A DNA stretch of 64,000 nt from Verrucomicrobiota bacterium. GTDB taxonomy: Bacteria; Verrucomicrobiota; Verrucomicrobiia; Limisphaerales; CANJSG01. Where the stretch lies: the NCBI GenBank assembly GCA_038209745.1, contig JBBQXJ010000011.1, positions 8,390 to 72,389 of the forward strand, in the 5' to 3' direction. Each line of letters starts with the position of its first letter. Within the stretch, counting starts at the first letter, position 1. The notes beneath the pieces are model-generated. The model had not been told where the DNA came from and made no database searches. It saw only the letters and a program-made list of their open reading frames with translations. A program made the translations under genes and the position numbers. This document shows positions 40,504 through 50,719 of this stretch, one piece after another.

Positions 40504-41535
40504 ATGCTCTCCCAAGATTCCATCCTGAACGCCCTGAAGACGGTCAAATACCCCGGCTTTTCACGCGACATCGTTTCCTTCGGCATCGTGAAACAGGCGC
40601 AGGTCGATGCCGGCGCCGTGACGATCCTCATCCAGTTGACCAGCGGCAGCCCGCAGGTCGCGCAGCAGCTCAAGGCCGATTGCACGAAAGCTCTCACCGC
40701 TGTGACCGGCGTGGAGAAGATCGCCGTCGAAGTGCTGATGCCGACGGCCGGCGCTCCGGCGCCGACGGCGACGAACAAGATGGCGGGCATTGGCCGGGTG
40801 GTCGCGGTGGCTTCCGGCAAAGGCGGCGTCGGCAAATCCACCGTTTCGGTCAATCTCGCCTGCGCGTTGGCCCATTTGGGACTGCGCGTCGGCCTGCTCG
40901 ACTGCGACATCTACGGCCCCAGCATTCCCCTGATGATGGGCGTCAATGCGAAGCCCAACGTCAACGAGGAGGAGAAGCTCGTGCCGCTGGAGAGCCACGG
41001 AGTCCGCCTCATGAGCATGGGCTTCCTGGTGGATCCCGATCAGGCGGTGATCTGGCGCGGACCGATGATCCAAAAGACGATCCAACAGTTCATCACCCAG
41101 GTGGCCTGGGGTGAACTGGACATCTTGCTGGTTGACCTGCCGCCCGGCACGGGCGATGCGCAATTGTCGCTCTGCCAGACTGTTCCGCTCGATGGCGGCG
41201 TGGTCGTGACCACCCCCCAGGAGGCTTCGCTGGGTGTCGTGCGCAAGGGCATCCAGATGTTCAACAAGGTGAACGTGCCGCTGTTAGGAATCGTGGAAAA
41301 CATGAGCTACTTCACCGCGCCCGATGGAACGCGGGTCGAGATCTTCGGCCATGGCGGAGGCAAGGCGGAGGCGGAGCGACAGAAGACTTTGTTCTTGGGA
41401 GAAGTTCCCATTTTCACGGCAATCCGGGAAGGCGGCGACAACGGGCTTCCCGTCGTGGTCGTGGGTCCGGAAACGCCGGCGGCGCGACCGTTTTTCGGCG
41501 TGGCGGAGGCACTGCGCGCGCGACTGTCCATTTGA
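40504..41535 (+). CDS. mrp: Mrp/ApbC P-loop Fe-S carrier ATPase with N-terminal DUF59
   Basis: SGKGGVGKST, DIYGPS, WRGPM, DLPPGTGD, VTTPQ, ENMS. Confidence 0.93.
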   Translation: MLSQDSILNALKTVKYPGFSRDIVSFGIVKQAQVDAGAVTILIQLTSGSPQVAQQLKADCTKALTAVTGVEKIAVEVLMPTAGAPAPTATNKMAGIGRVVAVASGKGGVGKSTVSVNLACALAHLGLRVGLLDCDIYGPSIPLMMGVNAKPNVNEEEKLVPLESHGVRLMSMGFLVDPDQAVIWRGPMIQKTIQQFITQVAWGELDILLVDLPPGTGDAQLSLCQTVPLDGGVVVTTPQEASLGVVRKGIQMFNKVNVPLLGIVENMSYFTAPDGTRVEIFGHGGGKAEAERQKTLFLGEVPIFTAIREGGDNGLPVVVVGPETPAARPFFGVAEALRARLSI

Positions 41536-41669
41536 GTAATTCTGGACAGTGCAAGATGCCACACACAGGTCGGGAGACCTGAATCGGGGGGCGACCAGAG
41601 CAAATTCCGCATTGCACTGAGGGTGGGCGCCACTACCTTTTGCGGATCTAAGAAAGTTCCACGCCTCCC

Positions 41670-41906
41670 ATGTCGAATACCAATCAAGACAGGGTATCAG
41701 GGAATGATTTGGTCAAACGCTCCTCGCTCTACCGTGAATATCAGGCCGAGCGGGAGGAGATCCTGAAACACAAATGGATCGAGTCCGAAAAAACCGGCCA
41801 AGACATTGGCTTTGAGCGGGCGCTGACCGACTGGATCATCCATCACCGCGCCCAATGGCGCCGCACCCGCCTGCAGCAGCTGCAACAGGAGGGAGGCCGG
41901 GCTTGA
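41670..41906 (+). CDS. small DUF4032-like protein
   Basis: EILKHKWIESEK.G.DIGFERAL.DW. Confidence 0.75.
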   Translation: MSNTNQDRVSGNDLVKRSSLYREYQAEREEILKHKWIESEKTGQDIGFERALTDWIIHHRAQWRRTRLQQLQQEGGRA

Positions 41907-41964
41907 TTGCCCGAGACCTTCGCGGGCCGGCCGTCCCTTCGGCGCCTCCCTCGATTCGCTCTCC

Positions 41965-42384
41965 GTGAAGCTGTCCGTCAAAAGCGACTACGCTTGCCGT
42001 GCCGTCCTGTGGCTTTCCCGCCATTACAGCGGCGGCGGTGCCCGACGGGTTGAGGAAATGGCGACCGAGCACGGCATCTCCCCGAACTATTTGGTCCAGA
42101 TCCTCATCGAGATGAAGTCCGGGCAGATCGTGAAGAGCGTCCGCGGCAAGGATGGGGGCTACCTTCTGGCCCGCCCACCCGCCAAGATTTCCATGGGCGA
42201 CGTCCTCCGCTGCATGCACGGGGAGATCTTCGAGTCCCCCGCCATCAAAGACGCCCAGTGCCCGTCCGAACTCCGGGAAGCCTGGAAGAAGCTCCAAGCG
42301 GCAGTGACCGACGCCGCCAACGGAATCACCTTCCAGCAGTTGCTGGAGGACGGCGCGGAAAAGAACCGGATGTTCTACATCTGA
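41965..42384 (+). CDS. second Rrf2-family regulator (CymR-like)
   Basis: YLVQIL, SVRGKDGGYLLARPP, C-terminal MFYI. Confidence 0.9.
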   Translation: MKLSVKSDYACRAVLWLSRHYSGGGARRVEEMATEHGISPNYLVQILIEMKSGQIVKSVRGKDGGYLLARPPAKISMGDVLRCMHGEIFESPAIKDAQCPSELREAWKKLQAAVTDAANGITFQQLLEDGAEKNRMFYI

Positions 42385-42439
42385 CGTCCACGTCGGACCT
42401 CATCCGGTGAATCGCTCCAGCAGCCCGTCGCCACTCGAA

Positions 42440-42931
42440 ATGCCTCCACCACGAGGGAGCCGGGCCGCTAGCGAACGCGGTTGGCGGTCATGGATCAGCC
42501 ATTGGGGACCGGTCGCGGTGATGATGGTGGTGATCTTCTCCGCTTCGACCGATCTCGGCCGCATGGAGAACTCCTCACGCCTCATCGGCCCCGTTGTCCG
42601 CTTCTTCGTCCCCGATATCGGCGACGCGTCGTTTGCTGCCGTGGTGTTCGCTGTCCGGAAATGTGGGCACCTAACCGAGTATGCCATTCTGGCCGGCCTT
42701 CTCTGGCGGGCCATTCGTAAGGCGATCCGACACGATTCGCGGCCATGGCAATGGCGAACCGCCGCGCTGGCGGTATCGGTGGCCGCGATCTACGCCGTGA
42801 CCGACGAGGTGCACCAGAGCTTCAATCCCCACCGCATGGGCCAATGGCAGGACGTCGTCCTCGACACTTGCGGGGCCAGCGCCGGCGTGGCCGCCATCTG
42901 GTTCGTGAGGAAGCGCCGGAAGCCTCGCTGA
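42440..42931 (+). CDS. VanZ-family membrane protein
   Basis: RKCGHLTEYAIL, DEVHQSF.P.R..DV.LD. Confidence 0.88.
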   Translation: MPPPRGSRAASERGWRSWISHWGPVAVMMVVIFSASTDLGRMENSSRLIGPVVRFFVPDIGDASFAAVVFAVRKCGHLTEYAILAGLLWRAIRKAIRHDSRPWQWRTAALAVSVAAIYAVTDEVHQSFNPHRMGQWQDVVLDTCGASAGVAAIWFVRKRRKPR

Positions 42932-42988
42932 ACAAAGTCTTTTCCCGGCACGCTGTTTGGTGTTCTTTTCCGGCGGAATTTCCCCCGA

Positions 42989-45424
42989 ATGATTCGCCCG
43001 CTGACGCTCGTGGCCGCATGCTACGCCGTCGGCATCTTCGCCGGCCGGATTCTGGAGCTGCCGCCCGCGCTGTTTCTCGCGGCCGCCACCGGATTCTTCG
43101 CGTTGGCTGTGATGTCCGACCGGTGGCGATCGCCGTGGGTCTTCATGGTCTTCGCCATGCTCGGCGCCGCGCACGAGGGTATCGCGGCCCAACCACTGGC
43201 TTCGTCGGATCTCCGCCATGTGCTCCGCTCCGAGCCCCAGATCGCCACTGTCCGGGGGCGTCTGCTCGGTCCACCCGTGCTCAAACTCCTGGCCGTCGAA
43301 GGCGACCTGAAGGAACGATCCACCGGCCGCATCGCCGTTACGGCCATTCGGACCAAAGCCGATTGGCGGCCGGCCTCCGGAGTATTGGTCGCAACCGTGG
43401 CGGGCAATCTGGAAGGAATTTTCCACGGCGGCCAACGGGTGGAGATAACTGGCGTCGTGGAACCGCCTCCGGGACCCAAGGCCCCTGGCCTCTTCGACTA
43501 CCGCACTTTTCTCGGGAACCAAGGGATCCACTTTCTCCTGCGCTTCGACGATGTCCGCGAGTGGACGCTGGCGCCGGACAACACGGTGGTCGGGCCAGGC
43601 TTTTCCGAGCGGTTCATCGCGTGGGCAAGAACGACACTGGCCAGGGGCCTTCCCGCCGACAAGGCCACCTCGCTGCTGTGGGCCATGACGCTGGGCTGGA
43701 AAGCCGCGCTGACCGACGAGGTGGCGGAGCCCTTCATGCGGTCGGGCACACTCCATATCTTCGCCATCAGCGGCCTCCACATCGCGCTCATCGCCGGCAT
43801 CCTGGTGAAGCTCGCGGTCCTCATGCGGGTGCCGCGTCGTTGGTGTTTCGTTCCGGTGATGGCCCTGATGTGGTTCTACATCGGGGCGACGGGCTGGCAG
43901 TCGTCCGCCGTGCGTTCCGGAGTGATGATGAGCGTGATCCTGCTGGGCTGGGCGTTGAATCGTCCGCCGGACCTGTTGAATTCGCTGTTTGTCGCCGCGT
44001 TCTGCATCCTCGCTTGGGAACCGCTGCAGCTGTTCCAGGCCTCGTTCCAGTTGTCGTTCTCGGTGGTGCTGGCCATCGCGCTGATCGGTTCGACCCTCGA
44101 AGCGCGTTTTCGCCACTGGTTCGAGCCGGACGCGTTCCTCGCCCGGGATCTCCGGTCTCGCTGGAAGCGCACCGGTGACGCGGCCCTCCGCTGGTTCGCA
44201 AAGGGCTTGGCGGTTTCGTTCGCCGCGTGGATCGGGTCGCTGCCGTTGACGGCCTACTATTTCCATCTCCTGACGCCGGGGAGCCTATTGGCGAATCTCG
44301 TGATCGTCCCCGTATCCGGCGTCGCCCTCGCGGGCGGAGTCGCCAGCCTGGTCTGCGGTTCCTGGATCCCGGCCGTGTCGGAAGTGTTCAACCACGCCGC
44401 GTGGGCCTGCATGCAGATGATGATCCTGAGCAGTAGCAGGGTCGCGGATCTTCCGGGCGCGGCCTGGTTCGTGCCGTCTCCCACCCTCTTGGAAATGGTG
44501 TTGTTCGCCAGCGCCGTTGTCGCCCTTGGATTTGGACGGTTCAAGGCAGGCTGGCTGCGACAGCTCGGAGTCGCGTCGGTGACGCTGTTGATGCTCAGTC
44601 TTTCGGTCAGAATCTGGAACGACAGCCGCCAGATTCATCTCACGATTCTTCCACTCAACGGCGGCCACTCCGTTCACGCGGATGCGAACGGGCGTGCCTG
44701 GGACCTTCTCGTGGACACCGGTGACGCCACCACTGCGGACATTATTCTGCGACCGTTCCTCCGCGCCCGAGGCGTCAACCACTTGTCCCGGCTCGTATTG
44801 ACCCACGGGGATGTGCGCCACGTCGGCGGCGCGCCTCGTATTGTCGCAGCGTTCAGCATCGGCGAAGTGGACCTTGGCCTGCCGAGTTTCCGCTCGCCGG
44901 TTTATCGCCGGGTGGTTTCAGAGATCGAGGCGCCTTCGTGCCGGGTCGCCCGGATGGGTCCGGGTGACAACATCGCGGGTTGGGCCGTCCTCCATCCGTC
45001 TTCCAACGACCAAATCAAGCTGGCGGACGATGGCGCGATGGTCCTGCAGGGAACGCTTCATGGAGTCCGCTGGTTGCTGTTGTCGGACCTCGGCCGCGAG
45101 GGGCAGGAAGAATTGGTGCGCGGCCACGGCGCGAACTTGCGCTCGGACATCGTCGTTACCGGGTTGCCGACGCGAGGCGAGCCGCTGAGCGACGCCCTCA
45201 TCGATCTCATCGAGCCGCAACTGATCGTCGTTGCCGATTCGGAACATCCGGCGGCCGAGCGGGCGCGGCCAGAATTGGTCGATCGCTTGGCCCGGCGAAC
45301 CTGTCCGGTGCTCTTCACCAGAACCGAAGGCGCTATCTCCGCCGACATGGAGGCGGATGGATCCTGTGAACTGCGAACGATGACCGGAACATTGTTTCAT
45401 CTAAACGCCCGTCCCCCGCCTTGA
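42989..45424 (+). CDS. comEC: ComEC/Rec2 DNA uptake channel
   Basis: OB-like region, GTLHIFAISGLH, SAVRS, SFQLSF, C-terminal MBL-like domain (degenerate). Confidence 0.92.
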   Translation: MIRPLTLVAACYAVGIFAGRILELPPALFLAAATGFFALAVMSDRWRSPWVFMVFAMLGAAHEGIAAQPLASSDLRHVLRSEPQIATVRGRLLGPPVLKLLAVEGDLKERSTGRIAVTAIRTKADWRPASGVLVATVAGNLEGIFHGGQRVEITGVVEPPPGPKAPGLFDYRTFLGNQGIHFLLRFDDVREWTLAPDNTVVGPGFSERFIAWARTTLARGLPADKATSLLWAMTLGWKAALTDEVAEPFMRSGTLHIFAISGLHIALIAGILVKLAVLMRVPRRWCFVPVMALMWFYIGATGWQSSAVRSGVMMSVILLGWALNRPPDLLNSLFVAAFCILAWEPLQLFQASFQLSFSVVLAIALIGSTLEARFRHWFEPDAFLARDLRSRWKRTGDAALRWFAKGLAVSFAAWIGSLPLTAYYFHLLTPGSLLANLVIVPVSGVALAGGVASLVCGSWIPAVSEVFNHAAWACMQMMILSSSRVADLPGAAWFVPSPTLLEMVLFASAVVALGFGRFKAGWLRQLGVASVTLLMLSLSVRIWNDSRQIHLTILPLNGGHSVHADANGRAWDLLVDTGDATTADIILRPFLRARGVNHLSRLVLTHGDVRHVGGAPRIVAAFSIGEVDLGLPSFRSPVYRRVVSEIEAPSCRVARMGPGDNIAGWAVLHPSSNDQIKLADDGAMVLQGTLHGVRWLLLSDLGREGQEELVRGHGANLRSDIVVTGLPTRGEPLSDALIDLIEPQLIVVADSEHPAAERARPELVDRLARRTCPVLFTRTEGAISADMEADGSCELRTMTGTLFHLNARPPP

Positions 45425-45491
45425 GGACGCATCCAAAATGGCCCGGCCATTCCACTTGCCCCTCGGCGTTGCCCTCCGCAAATTGGACCCA

Positions 45492-45959
45492 ATGGAACTG
45501 GTAATCACATTGCTGCTGGCTGGTTTCATTCTGCTTGTCCTTGAAACTTTCCTGCCCGGCATCGTCGCCGGCGCCGCCGGCGTCGTCTGCATCCTGATCG
45601 CGAACGCCATGGCCTACTCCAAGGTCGGCGTCGAAGCGGGTAACTGGACCCTCGCCTTGTCGGCGGCTATGCTCGTGGGAGTCTCGGTGGCCTACGTGAA
45701 GTTTCTTCCGCAGAGCCCGTTCGCGCGCCTGTTCATCTCCAATCGCGTTTCCGCTGATCCGAAACCCGCCGAGACCGGTCTTCTCGGCCGAGTCGGAGTG
45801 GCTGAGACAGTTCTCCGGCCCTCCGGCGTCGTGATCATCGACGGTCGCCGCATCGATGTTTCCAGCGACGGCCCGTTGATCGAGAAGGGTGAAACCGTCA
45901 AGGTCATCCTCGTCGAGGACATGCGGGTCGTCGTTTCCCGCGAATCCAGCAACTCTTGA
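45492..45959 (+). CDS. NfeD-family membrane protein
   Basis: LETFLPG, LRPSG..IDG.RIDV; precedes floA. Confidence 0.88.
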   Translation: MELVITLLLAGFILLVLETFLPGIVAGAAGVVCILIANAMAYSKVGVEAGNWTLALSAAMLVGVSVAYVKFLPQSPFARLFISNRVSADPKPAETGLLGRVGVAETVLRPSGVVIIDGRRIDVSSDGPLIEKGETVKVILVEDMRVVVSRESSNS

Positions 45960-45972
45960 GCTCAATTTTATC

Positions 45973-47013
45973 ATGAACCAGATCCCGCCTCTTTTCGCCG
46001 TCGTCGACATCGCCACAATCATCTACATCATCGTCGGCGTCTTCGCCTTCGGCATCGTGGTCTGGGGATTGAGCTTCTTCGCCATCTGGCTCCGGGCCGT
46101 CGCCTCCGGCGCGCCCGTGGGCCCGTTCGAGTTGGTCGCTTTGCGCCTCCGCAGCGTGCCGGTCGGAATCGTCGTCGACACCCGCATCACGGCCGTCAAG
46201 GCCGGCATCCCGCTCACGATCGACGACCTCTCCACCCACTACCTCTCCGGCGGCAACATCGAGATGGTCGTCCTTGCCCTCATCGCCGCCCGTAAGGCGG
46301 GCATCCACCTCGATTTCGACCGGGCCTGCGCCATCGATCTCGCCACCAAGGGCACCGGAAAGACCGTTCTGGAAGCGGTGAAGACCTCGGTAAACCCCAA
46401 GGTTATCGATTGCCCCGCGCCCTCCTCCGGCAAGACCACCATCGATGGCGTGGCCAAGGACGGCATCATCGTCAAGGCCCGCGCCCGCGTCACCGTCCGG
46501 ACGAATCTCGACCGGTTCGTCGGCGGCGCCACCGAAGAGACGATCATCGCCCGGGTCGGCGAGGGCATCGTCACCACCATCGGTTCGGCGGAGAGCTATA
46601 AGATCGTCCTTGAGAACCCCGACCGCATCTCCAAGAACGTTCTGGGCAAGGCGCTCGATTCCAACACCGCGTTCGAGATCCTCTCCATCGACATCGCCGA
46701 TGTGGACGTCGGTGAGAACGTTGGCGCCAAGCTCCAGGCAGAACAAGCCGAGGCCAACAAACTCATCGCCCAGGCCCATGCAGAAGTCCGACGCGCTGCG
46801 GCCGTGGCCACCGAACAGGAGAACATCGCCCGCGTGGCCGAGATGCGCGCCCGGGTGATCGAGGCCGAGGCACAGGTGCCCCTCGCCATGGCCGAAGCCT
46901 TCCGCAGCGGCAACCTTGGTATCATGGACTACTACAAGATGCAGAACATCCAGGCCGACACCAGCATGCGACAAAACATCGCTGGCGGTAAACAAGGCAC
47001 CGAGAATTCCTGA
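45973..47013 (+). CDS. floA: flotillin-like protein FloA (YqfA)
   Basis: [43 protein letters not shown]. Confidence 0.95.
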   Translation: MNQIPPLFAVVDIATIIYIIVGVFAFGIVVWGLSFFAIWLRAVASGAPVGPFELVALRLRSVPVGIVVDTRITAVKAGIPLTIDDLSTHYLSGGNIEMVVLALIAARKAGIHLDFDRACAIDLATKGTGKTVLEAVKTSVNPKVIDCPAPSSGKTTIDGVAKDGIIVKARARVTVRTNLDRFVGGATEETIIARVGEGIVTTIGSAESYKIVLENPDRISKNVLGKALDSNTAFEILSIDIADVDVGENVGAKLQAEQAEANKLIAQAHAEVRRAAAVATEQENIARVAEMRARVIEAEAQVPLAMAEAFRSGNLGIMDYYKMQNIQADTSMRQNIAGGKQGTENS

Positions 47014-47028
47014 TCTGGGCCCGGCTCC

Positions 47029-47733
47029 ATGAATCCGATGACCGCCGAAATTCAAAACATCACGAACCAAGGTTTTGGCCTCTTGGCCGCAGGCTACGGG
47101 TTTGTGGTTTTTGTGCTGATCTTCGTGGCCATCTCCGTCCTGTCGGACTGGGTCAAGAAGAAGCAGCGGAAGGAGTCCGAGAACAGTTTCGATCCCAACG
47201 GCTTCAACGCCGGCAAACCGCAAAACACCCCATCCAACAGGGAGGCCCGGCCTCTGAGTGTTTGGGAAGAGGAGATCCGGAAGATGCTTCGTGGCGAGCA
47301 ATCGCCGCCGCCGGTTCCGCCGCCGAGGTTGCCCGTCGCCTCCCAACGCGATCCGTTCACCTATGGCAACGAAGGCGACACGGAGGATACCGTGCCCACG
47401 TACCTCACATCGATGGAACGGCCGGACACGGCTTTCGATCGAGGTTCCCATATCGAGGAGCGCGTGCGTTCAAGGATGGTTGACGCCGGGAACCACTCCG
47501 ATTCCAACGCCGCGTTCGCGAGGGCCGACCGGATCGACACCTCGGTGGCCGCCCGCATGGCCGCCGCCGGGATGATCCACAGGTCGACCTCGATGAGTCC
47601 CACCGCCGGGCCGAAACCGTCGTCCAGAAATGATCTCCAGGCTTTGGTGGAGGCGCTCAGGGCCCCCGTCCATGCCAAGGGAGCGATAGTCGCCTCGATC
47701 ATCCTTGGGCCGCCGAAAGCGCTCGAGCGCTGA
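47029..47733 (+). CDS. single-TM hypothetical protein (YqfB position)
   Basis: N-terminal TM, C-terminal AIVASIILGPPKAL. Confidence 0.75.
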   Translation: MNPMTAEIQNITNQGFGLLAAGYGFVVFVLIFVAISVLSDWVKKKQRKESENSFDPNGFNAGKPQNTPSNREARPLSVWEEEIRKMLRGEQSPPPVPPPRLPVASQRDPFTYGNEGDTEDTVPTYLTSMERPDTAFDRGSHIEERVRSRMVDAGNHSDSNAAFARADRIDTSVAARMAAAGMIHRSTSMSPTAGPKPSSRNDLQALVEALRAPVHAKGAIVASIILGPPKALER

Positions 47734-47825
47734 GGCTGGTTCCACCTTCCTGGTTGCACGAAGGCATTCTGCTTTCCGTTAGATGCCGCTTCCCCTTTCA
47801 ACTTCAGACCGCATAGATTGATCGG

Positions 47826-48215
47826 ACCTTGAGAGGGCGGAGGATCGCTCCGGCGCAAGCCGGGGAGGAAAGTCCGAACACCATAGGGCGCGATGCCGCG
47901 TAACCGACCGCTTCGGCGGCAGGATACACGCGGGAGAGCCGCTGGGAACGGCGGTTCGACGGACAGTGCCACAGAGAACATACCGCCTGGGGCGCAAGCC
48001 TCCGGTAAGGGTGAAAAGGTGGGGTAAGAGCCCACCGCGCCGAGCGCAAGCGGAGCGGCACGGAAAACCCCATCGGGTGCAAGGCCAAATAGGGGACCTC
48101 GGAGCGGCCCGCTCCATGGCGAAAGCCGGGTCCCGGGTATCGGCCGCTTAGACAAATGATCCTCTCCGCCGGGCAACTGGCGAAGACAGAAATCGGCTTA
48201 CAGCCCTCTCAAGGT
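47826..48215 (+). ncRNA. rnpB: RNase P RNA (type A)
   Basis: GAGGAAAGTCC, AGTGCCACAGAGAA, GGGTGAAAAGGTGGGGTAAGAGCCCACC, ACAGAAATCGGCTTA; terminal ACCTTGAGAGGG/CCCTCTCAAGGT pairing. Confidence 0.97.
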
Positions 48216-48312
48216 TTCGCCGAACCCGGACCCTTCCCGCCGTTCCGCCTCCCAATTAAAGAAAAGGCTCGCCTCGCCTCCAATCATTTGAACATTTGCC
48301 CGAAACCCTATT

Positions 48313-48900
48313 ATGCAATCTTGGATCGCCCGCTACATCGACGCGCAGAAAGCCGCATTGGATTCCGTGGACCAAGCCGCCGTCGCGCGTCTGATCGACA
48401 AGCTCCGTGAAACCATCCTCGCCGACCGCCAGATCTTCGTCCTCGGCAACGGCGGTTCCGCGTCCAACAGCTCCCATTTCGCCACCGATCTCGGCAAGAG
48501 CGCATCGAACGGCGTTTTCCCCGTCACCGGCAAACGGTTCCGCGTTCTCTCTCTCTGCGACAACGTCAGCTGGATCACGGCCCTCGGAAACGACTTCTCC
48601 TACGAGGACGTGTTCCTCGGCCAGCTCATGAACTACGCCCGCGCCGGCGACATGGTCCTCGCCCTCAGCGTCAGCGGCAGCTCGCCCAATCTCGTGAAAG
48701 CCTGCGAATGGGCCAAGAAGACCGGCCTATTCACCGCTGCTCTCGTCGGTGGAAAACGCGGCAAGTTGGCCGAAATCTGCGACGAAGCCCTCGTGGTCAA
48801 GGACACCCATTACGGCCGCGCCGAAGACGCCCAGATGACCATCGCCCACATGCTCTGCTACGCCTTCATCGAGCATCCCGAGTGGGTCCGCCACGAGTAA
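48313..48900 (+). CDS. SIS-domain sugar-phosphate isomerase (GmhA-like)
   Basis: GNGGSA..SHFA.D, TALGND, SVSGSSPN, ED.Q..IAH. Confidence 0.88.
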   Translation: MQSWIARYIDAQKAALDSVDQAAVARLIDKLRETILADRQIFVLGNGGSASNSSHFATDLGKSASNGVFPVTGKRFRVLSLCDNVSWITALGNDFSYEDVFLGQLMNYARAGDMVLALSVSGSSPNLVKACEWAKKTGLFTAALVGGKRGKLAEICDEALVVKDTHYGRAEDAQMTIAHMLCYAFIEHPEWVRHE

Positions 48901-49222
48901 TCGGCCAAATCGGCGGGGACGTGTTGCCGCGCAGCCCAAGCATACGGCGGAACCGAGCGCAGCAACGTTTCCGGCCCGTGCTGCTTTCTGGAGTGGTGCC
49001 GTTTCTTTCGACCTTTGGCCTTCGCGCTTCGGGATTGCTTTCGGGTACCCATTTCTACACGCGATTAGAACGTTTTTCCTCTTCCCGCACTTCGGAACCA
49101 CGCCCAACATTTCGGCCCTAACGATGTCGTCGAGGCACAGGACAGGTCCCGGAAGAACCGGCGCATTTGCGCGTCGGCGTTCCCCGATTGTCGCAGCCAC
49201 CCGCTGACAACCCGCTTTCCCC

Positions 49223-50200
49223 ATGAGAATCCTCCTCACCACCACTTCCTTCCAGGACACCCCCGGCGCCCACCACGACCTGCTCGCGCAGACCGGCTGG
49301 GAGATCGTCCGCGCCCGCGGCCCGTTGAACGAGGCCGACACGTTGGCGCTCGTCGGCGACGTGGACGGCTACATCTGCGGCGACGACATGATCACCCGCG
49401 CCGTTTTCGAGAAAGCCCGTCCGCGCCTCAAGGTCCTCAGCAAATACGGCATCGGAGTGGACAAGATCGACGTGAAGACCTGCACCGAGTTCGGCATCCC
49501 GCTGCTCTTCACCCCCGGCGTCAACCACACCACCGTCGCCGAGCACACCTTCCTGCTGCTCCTCGCCCTGGAGAAGCACCTCCTCTTCCACACCGACTCC
49601 ACCCGGGCCAACACCTGGAAGCGCAAGACCGGCCATGAACTGCTGGAGAAGACCATCGGCATCGTCGGCCTCGGCCGCATCGGCAAGGAAGTGGCCATCC
49701 GCGCCCGCGCCTTCGGCATGAACGTCATCGCCTTCGACGTTTATTGGGACGAGAAGTTCGCCGCCGCCCACGACGTGAAACGCGCCGCCTCCATCGACGA
49801 CGTCTTCGCCGTGGCCGACTACCTCTCGCTCCACACCAATCTCACGCCCGAGACGCGCGACATGATCAGCGCGAAGAGCTTTCCGAAGATGAAGAAAGGC
49901 GTGCTCATCCTGAACTGCGCTCGCGGCGAGATCGTCCACACGGCCGACATGGTCGAGGCGTTGAAGTCCGGCCAGGTCGGCGGCTACGGCACCGACGTGT
50001 TGGACGAGGAACCGCCCACGCCCGACCACCCGTTGCTCAAGCTGCCCAACGTCGTCTGCACCCCGCACGTCGGCTCACGCACCTACGAGAGCGTCGTCCG
50101 CCAGGCCACGGCGGCGGTGAAGAACCTGATCCTCGCGATGAACGGCGAGAAGCCGCTGGCGCAGATCAATCCCGAGGTGCCGGTGACGAAAGCCCTCTGA
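49223..50200 (+). CDS. D-isomer-specific 2-hydroxyacid dehydrogenase (SerA-like)
   Basis: GLGRIG, NCARG, DVLDEEP, TPHVG. Confidence 0.9.
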   Translation: MRILLTTTSFQDTPGAHHDLLAQTGWEIVRARGPLNEADTLALVGDVDGYICGDDMITRAVFEKARPRLKVLSKYGIGVDKIDVKTCTEFGIPLLFTPGVNHTTVAEHTFLLLLALEKHLLFHTDSTRANTWKRKTGHELLEKTIGIVGLGRIGKEVAIRARAFGMNVIAFDVYWDEKFAAAHDVKRAASIDDVFAVADYLSLHTNLTPETRDMISAKSFPKMKKGVLILNCARGEIVHTADMVEALKSGQVGGYGTDVLDEEPPTPDHPLLKLPNVVCTPHVGSRTYESVVRQATAAVKNLILAMNGEKPLAQINPEVPVTKAL

Positions 50201-50222
50201 GAAATCACCACCGGAACCCGCG

Positions 50223-50250
50223 TTGACGCGCCAACGCCGAAACATATCCT
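50223..50250 (+). promoter_or_regulatory. putative sigma-70 promoter of hicBA
   Basis: TTGACG-N16-TATCCT, 10 nt before the ATG. Confidence 0.5.
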
Positions 50251-50260
50251 TCCCAACCAA

Positions 50261-50476
50261 ATGAAAACCTACACCGCCGTCGTCGAACGTTGCCAGGAAA
50301 CGAACCTCTTCGTCGGTTACGTTCCCGGCTTTCCGGGCGCCCACTCGCAGGGAGCGACGCTGGACGAATTGGGCGACAACCTGCGCGAGGTCGTTGCCAT
50401 GCTGTTGGAGGATGGCGAGCCCAAGCTGGAGTCGGAGTTCATCGGCACCCAGGCCATCGAGGTTGCGGGGACATGA
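50261..50476 (+). CDS. hicB: HicB-family antitoxin (short)
   Basis: VPGFPGAHSQGATLDE..NLREV. Confidence 0.9.
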   Translation: MKTYTAVVERCQETNLFVGYVPGFPGAHSQGATLDELGDNLREVVAMLLEDGEPKLESEFIGTQAIEVAGT

Positions 50477-50697
50477 GCAACATCCCCGTCCTGAAGCCGC
50501 GCGAAGTCGCCCGTATTCTGGAGGCGCTCGGCTTCGTCGAAGTGCGACAGCGCGGTTCCCACAAGCAATATCGCCGCGCGGACGGACGAGGCACCACGGT
50601 CCCGTTTCATCCCGGACGCGACCTTTCACCGGCGCTGCTCCGCCAGATTGCGAAGGACATCGGGACGACGCCTCAGGAATTCATCAGCCATCGGTGA
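50473..50697 (+). CDS. hicA: HicA-family mRNA interferase toxin
   Basis: LGF..RQRGSHKQY..TVP.H..L..IAK; ATGA overlap with hicB. Confidence 0.92.
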   Translation: MSNIPVLKPREVARILEALGFVEVRQRGSHKQYRRADGRGTTVPFHPGRDLSPALLRQIAKDIGTTPQEFISHR

Positions 50698-50719
50698 CGG
50701 TCCCTGAGTGAACGAGATG

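Noticed and set aside
47779..48176. ORFs across the rnpB locus
   Set aside because: Explained by the RNase P RNA
48900..49222. Gene or RNA between the SIS gene and the dehydrogenase
   Set aside because: No convincing ORF or fold; only a decayed TTCGG-type repeat
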